Shown: positions 26,700 through 40,111, counted from the stretch's first letter. The stretch is DNA of 64,000 bases from Mobula hypostoma (GCF_963921235.1 NC_086118.1:28584001-28648000); one strand, 5' to 3'. Numbers and translations are program-made. Notes: generated by a model not told the origin, from the sequence alone.

Positions 26700-27720
26700 A
26701 TCAAAGAGAGTTCATTCCCCTCAGGTTAGGAATTACCTGAGTGAACCTCTTTTCGATGCTAGTCAATCCTTTATTAAATAGGAGAACCATACTCTGCACG
26801 GTACTCCAGGTATGGCTTCACCAGAGGCCTGTGCAATCATGACAGTACTTACCAGGTTCTAAGCTCAAATTTACAATGCAGGCCAATGTGCCCTTTGTCT
26901 TCCTGATCACTTACTACATCTGCCTTCTAATGTTATGCATTTCATACCAAAGAATGCCTCATCTGCAATTTTTTTCCATTGAGATATTAGTCTGTCCTTA
27001 GATTCCCCTTACTCATGTGCATGACCTCACATTTTCCCACATTAAAGTCTGCTTTCCAAATGCTCACCCATTCTCTCAATCTGTCTTTATCTGATTGTGG
27101 AGTTGTAATATCCTCATCAGAACTGAATTCCCATCTATTTTGGCGTTGAGACTTCCACACCTTTGACTTTTCTTCCCTCTTCTGACCATCAATATACTAT
27201 GAATTTCCAACAATTGCACACCACGAACTGATCATTGGCATTATGGGTTACATCTTCAAACCTGAAAGACTTATTTATTGTGATACTTTGTGTAATAGCC
27301 TTTAATTGATGCCAGCACACTTCCCCCAACCTTGAGCCCTTATCTTGTGCACTAGCCTTTTATATGGAAGCTTGCCAAATGTCTTCCTGAAATCCAAATA
27401 CACAACATTTAATGTTCCCCTCTAATTCTGTTAGTTATATCTTCAAAGAGCTTCAGCAATGTTGTCAAATCATCATTTAAATGAAACCATGTTAACTTAG
27501 TTTGATTACAAGAAGCATCTCTTAATGAAAGGCAATTTATTCCTTGTTTCTAGACTACAGATTCTGCCAACAATGGATGTAAAGCTGGCAGGCATATAAT
27601 TACCTGCTTTTTGTCTTGACATTTAAATAAACACCCAATCAATCATACCAATCTCTGAAGCTACTTCCTTTAAAACCCTGTGGTGCAGGCCTTTGGGACC
27701 TGGTGACATGTCACTTTATA
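26700..27720 (-). mobile_element. Old CR1 LINE fragment
   Basis: Reverse-complement CR1 RT segments (CAAATGTCTTCCTGAAATCCAAATACAC; GTACTCCAGGTATGGCTTCACCAG). Confidence 0.65.
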
Positions 27721-30029
27721 TACTGTAGTTTTTGACCTAATATTCTCCATTATCTCTTTTGCTTGTTCATCTTTCTCTTGGATCCTTCATTCTGTCTAGT
27801 TCAGACAAATTTCAACTCAGGCTTATTAACTAGATTTTTAAGTGTCTATCACTGTTCATTCACTGACCTTTCCCTTAGTCTCTTTACCTAGTTCAATCCA
27901 GACCATTCTACCTTCTCACCATTGTAAATTGACCTTCCTGAAATGGATACATAGGATATATCTATGGATACATCCCATATCCCATGGATATATCTATGAC
28001 TAAGGTTTGGTTCAGCTTTCCCTGAACCACAACCAACTTCATAATTACCTTGGGTAATAGCAATTTTGCATTCATTCAAACTAGATTTCACACTTACAAT
28101 ATGGAACCAAAAAATGACTAGAAAATAAGCATTTCTAAAAGATTTCTCTAGCCTCAGAGTAGAATTTCACAGCATTTTAAATGTTTAGTGACGTAGTCGA
28201 CGAGGAGTGAATAATGGATCAGTTTGCATTAATTGAAAGGAGCTAAAATATGCAATGACAAAATGTGACCTCTTAAATCTGTCATTCTATATGGATCTTC
28301 TGATCTTCAACTAACAATTGTTGCCTTTGTCAAAGAAATGAGGATGCATATGATTTGTATCTTCTTTTGCTGGTGCCCCTCCCAGGACAGCAAAATTTTC
28401 ACTATCTTGTTGAGTAGATAGGGACAAAGGAAGGAAATGTAAAGTAACATATATAGTGTAAAACTATTCAGGAGCAGGATGTCGAGATCAAAGAGTTATT
28501 TATGAATCTGGCTGATGGAAACTCTAGGTGGGTTAGAACAAGAAATCAAGCACAAACAGAAACCATGTAGAAAAGGTTTGATTAAAAAGATATTGCCCAA
28601 CCCACTTAACAAAATGCTGATTTTTTTTTTGTAACTGGATAGCCATCTGTGCTTGAAGAATGAATCTGTGCAAACTATATTATTATTGTATGGTATCTCT
28701 AAGCAAGTTGGCATTTGTAACTGTTCAACTTGGCATTATATTCTAACATTAATTCTGGAAGAGTTATAAATCTTCCATATTTACATATATGTTGTTAATG
28801 ATTAGTTCTCAAGTCTACTCCACCAGAACTCATTTAAAGCAGAGGATGACTCTGAATGTTTCAAATGTCTTTTTTAACCAAACCAACCTAATCCCAAACC
28901 ATACAATGATTGATCTCCCAGCTAAAGCTTTCCACCTACAGTTTTCCATTTGTACCCTTCATTGGGTTGAATGTCACAGGGGAGCAAACAGACATGGAGA
29001 AGCTTGGCTCTATAAGAAAATTGTTGGAAATGCAAGCTGAACCAGTTTCCATCTGAAAGAGAAAAACAGGTTAATGATTCCTATGGGCTTTTGCTAAACC
29101 AGTTAGTATTTCGGAGTCCTGCATCTGTCTTATTTTTCAGTCTGTCATTTAAGACTGTTTTAATTTTTTAATACTATCATCTTCTTTTGCTTGCAATGAA
29201 GTGTTTAAAGGTTATGATACATTCCTCAATCAGTAGGTATAAATGGTTTATTATGAGGACTAATTTGCAAATGTGCTACATTTTCCTTCTGGAGGTTTTC
29301 AACAATGCAAAACTGTTCTCCGTCCCACATATCCCAGTGTGTCTCATCACAAAACTCCTCATCTGTAGTTTCATATATCTAATATATTTTTTGCAATAGT
29401 GAGCAAAGAATGAAAGTTCTTTCATTTTTTTTCATTTTTTATTACAGGTCTGGTTTACTTGTATATTCCATATTTTAACCCTTAAATGTACTGAACATTT
29501 GTTTACTATTTGAGTATTGCAGAGCTGAATGCATCCTTCGGTTGAGAAAGGAATTGCTCTACTCATAATGTAATGTAGAAGATGGAATAATGTACAACCA
29601 TGAAAGGCATCAATGACAAATAGGCAGTATTTGAAGATGCACTGTGAATTGATCAGAAAAAAAGGAGTTTGTATATCTCCTGATGAATTGTTTCAAAAGA
29701 AATAACTTATTTTGATAAGTATTTGTTTTACACTGAAGATTTCTTTATCTGGAATAGGATAAAAGATTACATTTTCCCTCACCAAAGTGCAACTACTGGT
29801 GAAATTATTCCAAATATCTATTGCCTGCTTTCTCAGTAAAGAGCCTGAAAGCCCCAACAAAATCTCCAGCATTGGACCAATTGAAAAGATGCTTCACTAA
29901 CCTGAAACTATAATGATAAGGAGAAATTTCCTCTTACTGTATAATTGGTGAAACAAACCTTTTTTTATCTCTGTCATTAGCTCTTTCTCCTACATAACTG
30001 TTCTCAATATTAGTATTATGTTTGGCTTC

Positions 30030-30430
30030 AATGGGGCATCAGTTTGGATCATGTACCTGGCTCACCACTAAGATTACACGTTTTCCTTAGGTCACATAGT
30101 GAAACCCTAATTCACATGACTACTACTTCTAAATTTGAGTATTCCAATTATGTCAATCATTTTGCTTTACCATGTACTAACATTTATTACTTTGAGCTAA
30201 TCCAAAACTCCTCTTCTGTTTGCTGACATACCTAGCGGAATGTGTCCTGATTAAATGCTGTCTTCATGTTAAAATTCTCATTCTTGTTTCAAGATACTCT
30301 CTGAATTCTTACCACCTGGGCCCTAACTTTCCTCCCTTGCACAGTGTCATGTGCAAGTTTATGTTGTTTTCTCTATTAAATTTTGTTAAACATTGTGAGG
30401 TCTTTTACATCCCAATAAACCAAGTTCCTC
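30030..30430 (+). mobile_element. Ancient L2 LINE relic
   Basis: ETLIHMTTTSKFEYSN..ELIQNSS resembles L2 ETLIHAFVTSRLDYSN..LQLIQNSAA. Confidence 0.55.
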
Positions 30431-30469
30431 AATGATTTGGCAACTCTACAGAAATGCAAAGAGCTATTA

Positions 30470-31020
30470 AATTCAAAGCAAGTTTATTTTCAAAGTACAT
30501 GTACATTGCAAATATACAAAACTGAAATTCGTTTTGTTGTAGGCATGCTCATTAAATCCAAGAAACATTAATAGAATTAATGAAAAACCACACCCAACAC
30601 GATGGACAAATAACTAATGTGCAAAAGACAACAAACTGGGCAAATACAAAAAAAAAAGGTAAATATCAAGAACATGAGATGAAGTGTCCTTGAAAATGAG
30701 TCCATAGGTTGTGGGAAGAGTTCCGTGATGGGGTGAGTGAAGTTATCCCCACTGGTTCAAGAGCCTGATGGTTGAGGGGTAAGAACTGTTCCTGTACCTG
30801 GTGGATTGAGGGTCCTCTACCACCTCTCCTGATGGCTGCAGTGAGAACAGAGCATGACATGGGTGGTGGGGGTCCTTGATGATGGATGCTACTTTCCTAT
30901 GACAGTACTCCGTTTAGATGTGCTCAGTGGTGGGGAGAGTTTTACCCATGATTGACTCCACCATATCCACTATATTTTGTAGCATTTTCCATCAAGTGGT
31001 ATTTTCATACCAATACCCAG
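30470..31020 (-). mobile_element. Rex1/Babar 3' fragment
   Basis: Homologous to 18001-18490 and 56035-56345. Confidence 0.75.
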
Positions 31021-31041
31021 CGTTGAATATCTGAAGGCTTC

Positions 31042-31251
31042 TTTTTTTTTGCCCTTAACTCCGTTTGGAGTCATCGGGACGCCGTCATGACAGCGTTTTT
31101 TTTTAGCAGGCTTTCTTATTTTTACGAGGCCGAGTTGCTAGCTTGACACTCAACCCAGCACAGATGGAAAGCGTGCAAGGGAGCCGGCTGGATTCGAACT
31201 TGTGAGCCTTCGCTCCGAAGTCCGGCGCTGATGCCACTACGCCACCAGTTG
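31042..31251 (-). mobile_element. tRNA-derived SINE (same head as 23663-23975, different tail)
   Basis: A box TGGCGTAGTGG, B box AGTTCGAATCC on minus strand; polyA. Confidence 0.85.
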
Positions 31252-32924
31252 TCTTCATAGATATAAATTTTAACTAATCTCAATTCATTCATTCAAAATG
31301 ATCTGAAAATTTCATTATTGTAGTATGTAGCTGACTCTTAAAAGAAGCTAGGATTATAACTTTGATTACTCTAACAAGAAGTTCATTTATTTTATTAAAC
31401 TAGAACAATTCCTTTTTCCAGTTCTAACTGATTTTTATTCCCTAAAAATACTTATTACTTAATACTTATTTGCCTTTATAAAGCCACCTCCAGGATGGCT
31501 TCTTACAAAGTCAAAAAATCAAAATTAAAGTCAAAAATCCTAATTATTTTTAATTACTCAGCTCTCTGAGACTCAGGCACAGTCTCCTGATTTGTGTGTG
31601 TTTATGTGTGCTTCCCCCCAGGGTTGAGTGTCTCCCACATTGTTCACCAAAAATAAGACTCAGCATTAAACTAACCAGTTTTCTTTGATTTTGTTTTACC
31701 ACATTTTGTGTTTAGCTTCAGCTCTGCTATTGGTTTTCTCTGTGTGTGAAGTCTAAAATTTGTAGGTCTTTTTTGGTATACCTTTCTATTTCAGTGCTTT
31801 CCAAAAATGTTATCTAGTTTCTTATCTAGGTATACCTTGCAATACAAAACCTTGATAGATAATTAAAGCAGGGTGGAACCCGAGGAGGTGGCTATATATG
31901 TTCATGAAATATCATCAAATATGCAACAAAAAACCATCCTGGAAGCTCTCCATAAATTTTAAAACCTGTACTTTGAAGATGAATTTAATTTGAAGGGAGT
32001 TTGAAACTAGAATTGAGGTTAGAACTCAATCTGTTCAACAGTTTGACAATTTTTTCAGAAGGATGAGGAAAGGTTGTCTGCTGTGCAAAATGATAGTTGG
32101 TGTATTTTTAAAAAGTTAACTTTGTATTTGTTTGGACTGGGTAACAAAAAGTGGACAGCTGTCTTTTGACCTTTGTTAAACCAGTAGGATGAGGTGAGGA
32201 AAGCCAAGGGAGTAAGATTTCCATTTAGTACAAAATGACTCATTGTCATCTTTTCCATCCCTGAGCTTCATGTGGTACTTAAGGTTCCATGTGCACTTCT
32301 GGGTACAGTTCATCTATTTTGTGATGCTGCTGTTGCAGTCAAAGGTTAATGTCAGGCATTCACTTTTCGTTTTTAAACTGCATGGCTCTCAGCTTTGTTT
32401 CAACTGTCGGAAGTCCATTGTTTGAGTTGTTAAGTAATTCTTTTCCTTTGGCTTGTACGTGGCATATACAGGAAATTCAAAGTCAGTGGGCTGAACGGTA
32501 AATCTTTTCTAACTGCTACCCTGAGATTTATTTAAGGGAGGAGGAAGAGGAGTAAAGCTTCATTCAATTCCTGTAGCAGTAATGAGCTGCACCAGAATTT
32601 CTGGCAAAGGATAAGTAATCTTGCAAATGTTCAGCCTTAGCTTGTCTAGTCATCTAGTCACATATCAATTTTATATACTTTTATAGAAGTGTTTTTTTGT
32701 CCTTGAATTCCTTTTAAGAAATTATTTAAAAGTTTTGTTACTTTATTTTCTTATGTTGTAGGAATAGTGGGAAACTGATTCCGTTTGAAGTACCATCTTC
32801 CAGTCCATTCCAGTTACCTAACTGATCAAAGACGGTCTTAGTTATTCTTGGGTTAGGCAAAATAATCCCTCCAATTCTTGTATTAATGCATTTCCAAGCA
32901 AAAATTCTTCTTTCCCCCTTCCTA

Positions 32925-33175
32925 CTGGATGCCATCTGCCCCTCATCCTGCCCTACCCACCTATAACCTACCAGCGTCTTTCTCTCTCCTCTTTTATCAG
33001 TTTTGTGTCCTCGCTATCTTCCCTCCACACTCTTATTTGTGCAGTAGGGTTTTGCCCTAAAACTTTGACTGACCCTTTTCTTTCACAGGTGCTGTTTGAC
33101 CCACAGAGATTTTCTAGAAGTTTTTCTTTCTTCTTCTTCACTACAGAATTCAGTATTTGCAGGATTGTGTCTCCA
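32925..33175 (+). mobile_element. Old Penelope terminal relic
   Basis: GGGTTTTGCCCTAAAACTTTGAC..GGTGCTGTTTGACC..AGTATTTGCAG, a decayed version of the terminal repeat. Confidence 0.5.
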
Positions 33176-33212
33176 AGGAAATGTCAGATTAGGTGATACA
33201 TCAGCTGAATCA

Positions 33213-33444
33213 AGGGGAGGGAACACCGACAGACCATGAGAGGCCTACGTCAGGCATTTTTCACGTCTTACCAGGTGCAGATTGGAAGTCTGTGTGGGAC
33301 GCCACTCCTCACACAGACACTAGAGCAATGTGTGGTTAAGTGCCTTGCTCAAGGGCACAAACACGCTGCCACAGCTGAGGCTCGAACTAGTGACCTTCAG
33401 ATCACTAAATGAACGCATTAACTACTTGGCCATGTACCCAACAC
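33213..33444 (-). mobile_element. tRNA-derived SINE (same family as 57515-57728)
   Basis: A box TGGCCAAGTAG, B box AGTTCGAGCC, CCTTGAGCAAGGCACTTAACC core. Confidence 0.85.
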
Positions 33445-36400
33445 ATCAAACTGCAGTAGATACAGTGCCATCTGGTATGTTTCAGCATTTATGTCCTAGG
33501 ATAATCAACACTTCTAATCTTTAATTTACTTTATTTCTGGCTAAGTGGTCTGCTAATTTATTGTTTGGCTTGATCATTCAGAAACCCTTAAAATACAGAC
33601 TTGTTTCCTTGGTAACATATGCACATCCAACATGCACTACCAGAAATATGCAGAGGTTGCAATGATTCTCTGAGCTTGACAATGACTACAGAACGACTCA
33701 CTGATACCTTCTTAATGTTGTAGGCATTGAATTGCATTTTTTTTATACTTAGGCTGATCCCAAAAGGGAATTTCATGCAGCTTTGCTCCCTCATTTTTCA
33801 TTTTCCTCATTCAGCCCAACTGATGGGGACATACTATCATTATTTAATTAACACAAAATGTAGGTACATTAGGAAAATCAGATTGATGCTGGATCCCAAG
33901 TGGAACAATTTGTAGAATGCCTATGAGGTTACTTTTTAGGACAGCTTGTGGTTGAATCCACTAGTGGAAAGACTATTCAAGATTGGTGTTGTGTAATACA
34001 CCGGGCTTGACTAGGGTGTTTAAGGTAAAGGAACCCTTAGAAAGCAGTGATCATAATACGATAGAATTCACCCTGCAATTTGAGAGGGAGAAGCTAAGGT
34101 CAGGTGTATCAATATTACAGTGGAGTAAAATTATAGAGGCATGAGAGAGGAGCTGGCCAAAGTTGATTGCAAGGGAATACTAGCAGGGATGATGGCAGAG
34201 CAGCAATGGCCGATGTTCTTGGGACGAATTAAAAAGGCTCAGGATAGGTGCATCCCAACGAAGAAGAAGTATCTAAAGGCAGAATAACATAACCATGGCT
34301 GTAAAGGGAAGTCAAAAATAACATAAGAAAAGTGAGGGCATATAATAGAGCAAAAATTAGTGGGAAGTTGGAAGATTGAGAAGCTTTTCAAAACCAAAAG
34401 AAGACAACTAAAAAGTCATAAGAAGGAAATAGATGAAATATAAATGTAAGCTAGCCAATAATATCAAAAAGATACCATTTTTTCAGCTATACAGTACAAT
34501 GAATAAAAGAGAGGCAAAAGTAGAAATTGGACCCCTGGAAATGATGCTGGAGAGATAGTAATGGGGGATCAAGGAAATGGAGCACAAACTTAAGAAGTAT
34601 TTTGCTTCAGTCTTCACTGTGGAAGACACTAGCAGTATGTCAGAAGTTCAAGAGTTTCAGGGGCAGAAGTGGTTGCAGTTGCAATTACTAGAGAGGAGCT
34701 GCCTGGGGAGCTGAAAGGTCTGAGTAGATAAGTCACCTAGACCAGATGGATTACATCCTGGGGTTGTGAAAAAGGTAGCTGAAGAGATTGTGGAGGCATT
34801 AGTATTGGCCTTTCAGGAATCTCTAGTTTGTTCCAGAGGACTGGAAAATTGCAAATGTCACTCTACTCTTCAAAAAGGGAGGGACACAGAAGAAAGAAAA
34901 TTACAGGTCAATTGGCCTGAATTCAGTTGTTGGGAAGATATTGGAGTTGGTTATTTAGGATGAGGTTTCAGGCTACTTAGAGTCACATGATAAATGAAAC
35001 AGGCCAATGTCAGCATGTTTTGTCTAAGGGAAAATCTGTTGGAATTCAAGGAAATAACTATCAGGATAGACAAAGGAGAATCGGTGGATGTTGTGTATTT
35101 AGAATTTCAAAAGGCCTTTGACAGGTGCTGTAGATGAGGCTGCTTAACAAGATAAGAGCCTATGTTATTACAGGATAAATACTAGCATAGACGGAGGATT
35201 GGCTGATTGACAGAAGGCAAAGAATGAGAATAAAAGGAACCTTTTCTGGTAGGCTGCCAGTGACTTGTGGGGTTCTGCCGAGGTCGGTGTTGACTACTTG
35301 TTATGTTATATGTCAGTGATTTGGATGATGAAATTGAAGGCTTTCTGGCCAAGTTTACAGATGATATAAAGATAGATCAAGTAGTGTTGAGGTAGCAGGG
35401 AGATGCAGATGGACTTAGATTAGGAAAATGGGCAAGGAAGTGGCAGATGGAATAAAGTGTTGGGAGGTGTATGGTCTTGCACTTTGGTAGAAGGAATAAC
35501 AGTGTAGACTATTTCGTAAATGGGGAGAAAATTGAAAAGTAAAATATGCAAAGGGACATTGTGTGGGATTCCCTAAATGCTAACTTGCAGGTTGGGTCAT
35601 TGGTGAGGAAGGCAAATGCAATGTTAGCATTCATTACGAGAGGACTATTTTATAAGAACAAGGATATAATGCTGAGGCTTTGTAAGGAACTGGTGAGGAC
35701 TCACATGGAGTATTGTGAGCTGTTTTGGACCCCTGTGTAAAAAAGGATGTACTAACATTGGAGAGGGTTCAGGGGAATTTCACTATAGCAATTCTGGGAA
35801 TGAGAGATTTATCATATGAGGAGCGTTTGATGGCTCTGGGCCGGTTTTCACTGGAATTTTGAAGAATGAGGGGGGATCTCATTGAAACCTACCAAATGTT
35901 GAAAGGCCTAGATAGAGTGGATATGGAGAGGGTTTTCTATTGTGTGGGGAGTTTAGGACCAGAGAGTACAGCCTCAGAATAATGTCCATTTAGAATGGAG
36001 ATGAGGAGGAATTTCTTTAGCCAGTGGGTGTTGAATCTGTGGAATTTGTTGCCACAGGCAGATGTGGAGGTGAGGACATTGAGTGTATTTAAGGCAGAGA
36101 TCAATAGATTCTTGATTAGACAGGGTATACTTTATACTTTATTGTCACCAAACAATTGACACTAGAACATACAATCATCACAGTGATATTTGAGTCTGCG
36201 CTTCCCGCTCCCTGAAGTACAAATCGATAGTAAATATTAAAAATTTAAATTATAAATCAAAACTAGAAAATGGAAAGTAAGTTAGTGCAAAAAGAAACCG
36301 AGAGGCAGGTCCGGACATTTGGAGGGTACGGCCCAGATCCGGGTCAGGATCCGTTCAGCAGTCTTATCACAGTTGGAAAGAAGCTGTTCCCAAATCTGGC

Positions 36401-36540
36401 CATACTGGTCTTCAAGCTCCTGACCCTTCTCCCGGAGGGAAGAGGGATGAAAAGTGTGTTGGCTGGGTGGGTCGTGTCCTTGATTATCCTGGCAGCACTG
36501 CTCCGACAGCGTGCGGTGTAAAGTGAGTCCAAGGACGGAA

Positions 36541-36706
36541 CTTTCAAATCCCTTACTCACTCTTCCTTCAGTTAGTCCTGATGAAGGGTCTCAGCCTGAA
36601 ACGTCGACTGCACCTCTTCCTACAGATGCTGCTTGGCCTGCTGCGTTCACCAGCAACTTTGATGTGTATTGCTTGAATTTCCAGCATCTGCAGAATTCCT
36701 ATTGTT
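36541..36706 (+). mobile_element. Penelope terminal-repeat insertion (166 bp) nested in Rex1
   Basis: 13-bp TSD TCCAAGGACGGAA at 36528-36540 and 36707-36719. Confidence 0.9.
36574..36609 (+). ncRNA. Minimal type I hammerhead ribozyme, intact core
   Basis: AGTC-CTGATGA-AGGGTCTCAGCCT-GAAACGTC-GACT: helix I AGUC/GACU, palindromic ACGU helix III, GUC site. Confidence 0.75.
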
Positions 36707-38370
36707 TCCAAGGACGGAAGATTGGTTTGTGTGATGTGCTGTGCTGTGTTCACGATCTTCTGCAGCTTCTTCCGGTCTTGGACAGGACAACTTCCATACC
36801 AGGTTGTGATGCACCCTAGAAGAATGCTTTCTACAGTGCATCTATAAAAATTAGTGAGGGTTTTAGGGGACAGGCCAAATTTCTTTAGCTTTCTCAGGAA
36901 GTAAAGGCACTGGTGGGCCTTCTTGGCAGTGGATTCTGCTTGGTTGGACCAAGCCAGGTCATTTGTGATATTGACCCCAAGGAACTTAAAGCTTTTGACC
37001 TGTTCCACTTCTGCACCACTGATGTAAATGGGACCGTGCGGTCCGCTACTCCTTCTGAAGTCAACAAACAATTCCTTCGTCTTGCTGACGTTGAGGGATA
37101 GGTTATTGTCTTTGCACCATGCCACCTGGTTCTTAATTTCCTCTCTGTACTCAAACTCATCATTGCCCGAGATACAGCCTACAATTGTGATGTCATCAGC
37201 AAACTTATATATTGAGTTTGATGGAAACTTGGCTACACAATCATGGGTGTACAGTGAGTACAGCAGGGGGCTAAGTACGCAGCCTTGTGGGGCACTGGTG
37301 CTCAGAGCGATTGTAGAGGAGAGAGAGAAAGGGTATGAAAGGTGATGGGGAGAAGGCAGAAAAATGGGGGTGAGAGAGAAAATGAATCAGCCATGATGAA
37401 ATGGTGGAGCAGACTCAATGGTTTGAATGATATAATTCTGCTCCTTTATCTTTTGATCTAAAACTTGAGCATGGAGTCTCCTGACCTCCATGTGAAGGAG
37501 TGTGCCAGGAGTAGTACTGTCCAAACTTCATGTTCTGAGGGATTTTCATTTATCAGTTTCTTTGCAATTTGTCCTATCACAATCCAGCTTACTTTTTTAA
37601 TGTTACCAGTTTGAAACATAGGATACTGCAATTAAATCTCGGATGTAAATCCTCCTTCTCAAGAGCATACTGTCATATGAACCAAATTGTATTCACTCTG
37701 ATTTAAGCCATTTTTGGTGTGGTTGGAAAATATTAAGTTAAGAAAATCTACTTTTGCAGAAATCATTAAATTCAAGATAATTTGACAACTTTAAGTGCAC
37801 TGTAATCTGTCAAGATTGCAAAGAGAGTGGTAAAAGGAAACCATTTTAATATGAGAACAGTCCCTGGGAAGGGAAACATAGATGGATATAATCAAATCAC
37901 CTTCTTTTTGCTCTCTGTAGTTGTCAGATTATGGTATACCCATTATTTTTTTTAATGTTTACAAGAAAATTAAATAAAGCTCAAACTGTAGTTTAATGTT
38001 AACTTTCTTTTTCTCTTCATAACAAATTTAAAAACAATGCTATCTCCCGAGCAAGATATTTATCAGCAGCTTGGTTATTTACAATGAAACTCGCACTTAT
38101 CCAATACTGTACTCAACTCTTAGGTGCAGGCATCAGTGTTCTGAAGAGAATACCCCAGAACTTCCCAATTCCAAAATTGAAAGATTCTCCTGCGATTAAA
38201 GTTGGAAAGTTTAGAACATAGACTAAATAATTGAGTGGACACATATAAATTGAGTATGCACAACTCTTTGATATACTCTGCATTTTTTGCTTTTAAATGT
38301 AAGTTAAAGATGCATGTGTAGGAAGTTTTATTGATGCATTTTTTTTCCAACTTCACCACTTCTACAACAG

Positions 38371-38488
38371 ACTTCGAACTTTGGACATAGAATTTATGAG
38401 AAGACTGAGCAAGGTGGTAAACATTGTCCCTGTCATCGCAAAAGCAGATACTCTAACACTGGAAGAAAGGGATCTCTTCAAGGATAAG
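38371..38488 (+). CDS. SEPTIN9: Septin-9 exon E (G4 AKAD motif)
   Basis: CAG acceptor, GTAAG donor; LRTLDIEFMRRLSKVVNIVPVIAKADTLTLEERDLFKDK. Confidence 0.95.
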
Positions 38489-39329
38489 GTAAGCAATTTA
38501 CATTCCAAATATCATTTTAAAGTTAATAATTATCATAAACGTAGCAGAATTTCTTTTCATTGTCTTACCATCTGTTTTCAAGGAGATTTCTGATGCCTGA
38601 AGGAAAATTGTACATTGTACAATTATACACTGTTTTATTTTGGAATTGTATTTGGAAGCAGAGAATTTAAATGGAAGCATGGGTCTTTCTGGTGATGCAG
38701 ATGTTATTTTTCTAAATTTACATACAGCAGTCTGTGATATGTCCATTTGTTGCATTCGTTGTGCCAGGTTATTTCAAACTATTCAAGACAAAGTGTACGG
38801 CTGCCTCAGGTTTAGCTATAGTATGATGCTTCTCATGAACTCAAAATGACCCCTTAGTGGTTTGCAGCCAATGGAGTATTTTTGAGGATACAATCCTGCT
38901 GTGATGCAGGATGAATCATTGAAATGAGAAAGATTCCAAGTACTCTTTCCTACTCTGTAATGAAATATTGTGAATACAGCCATGACATATAGAGGCTAAG
39001 ATCCAGCATCTGTTCACATCTGTCTCTTTTCTCATGATTGAACATGTAGATATTGTGGTTCGGGCAATATTGGGCTTAAACGCCTTTCTCAAGAAGTTCT
39101 AGGCTTATTTTTTTAGGACTACTATACTCGAGGGAGTGAGCCATCCAAGGCTACATTTCTTGCATAAAAATTATGTCTCTTTGACGTGACAGATGGAGAT
39201 CATGTGAAAATTTGCAACAGAATTGTAGATGAGCTCCAAAACTGTTGAATTGTGGCCAGAGGTTAGTGCCAGATGTTTATTTTAAATGGTGATGCAATTG
39301 GTCAGTTTCAATATGACCTTCCTTTGGTC

Positions 39330-39879
39330 AGCATTGGCCATGGGTATTGCATCCTAGCTGTCTGTGTCAAAGTCAACACACAAGCCAGGGCAGTACAAAA
39401 TGGCAAGCAAGCATGCAGCAGGCTCCCCCCCCCCCCCGCCCCCACGCAGCTGATGAATCCAAAAGAATAGCAGAGACCGATACAGTTTTACACCAGGCTG
39501 TCGCAGGAGTTGCCAGTCGGTGTTAAACTCACCGCCGGACTGCCTCAGGGTTTACTCCCAAATCCTTACCCATGAGTGGGGATAGCCACGAAGGCAGCGG
39601 AGGTCTGAGATCAGAGTATTCCTCCTCCTAGATCACAGCTGATGAGCCCCATCTGCCCGAAGCAACTGGTTTTAAGGCGCCAGTAACCCACCTTTGCACC
39701 ATCTCCTGTCAGTAAATATAGTTCCCCTGGGATTAGTAACTAAGCCAACTTGAAGCCCAGGAGCTGGACTTGGTTGTGAAAGATTATTTGAAATGCATGT
39801 CATTTGGTGTTTTTAATTGGTAGTGGGAACTTATCCCCACTACACGCCCCTCCTCCCGGCTATGACAGTCTTGGGAACC
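39330..39879 (-). mobile_element. RTE-related non-autonomous element, near full length
   Basis: Homologous to 24805-25420; CTAGGAGGAGGAATACTCTGATCTCAGACC motif. Confidence 0.65.
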
Positions 39880-40111
39880 ATCAGGTTCAGCCAGTGCTAA
39901 CTAACAATTGAACTAGAAAATGCTATGTTAATGAGATGTTTACAGTGATTTTACATTTTCCAATTAACCATTTGGCAAATACCCTCATAGGCTGTTGTTA
40001 TCACAGGTATAAATTGCAGCTAATTAGAAACTACGTTTAAGGTGGGATGGGAAACTAGATTTAACACACAGAGGACAATGTAGTTTCTACAAATGCATTG
40101 GCTACAAACAA

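Larger units (their letters stand above)
36129..37329 (-). mobile_element. Rex1/Babar LINE (5'-truncated) nested in CR1
   Basis: AWCKDNNLSLNVSKTKELFVDFRR..FLGVNI..NFYRCTVESIL; TSD AGGGTAT 36122-36128 / 37330-37336; (AAAGTAT)n tail. Confidence 0.9.
33860..37460 (+). mobile_element. Decayed CR1 LINE, split by a Rex1 insertion at 36129-37329
   Basis: KKVAEEIVEAL, VDVVYLEFQKAFD, KFTDDIK, LVRTHMEYC; 3'UTR resumes at 37330. Confidence 0.85.

Noticed and set aside
27943..27999. Short duplicated motifs ATGGATACAT and GGATATATCTATG
   Set aside because: Only two copies each; looks like local slippage, not an array.
36568..37125. 185-aa ORF as a novel protein
   Set aside because: Rex1 RT C-terminus reading through into the inserted Penelope terminus; a chance fusion.
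39639..39665. CTGATGAGCCCCATCTGCCCGAAGC looks hammerhead-like
   Set aside because: GAAG instead of GAAA, helix II does not pair, and no helix I/III partners were found.
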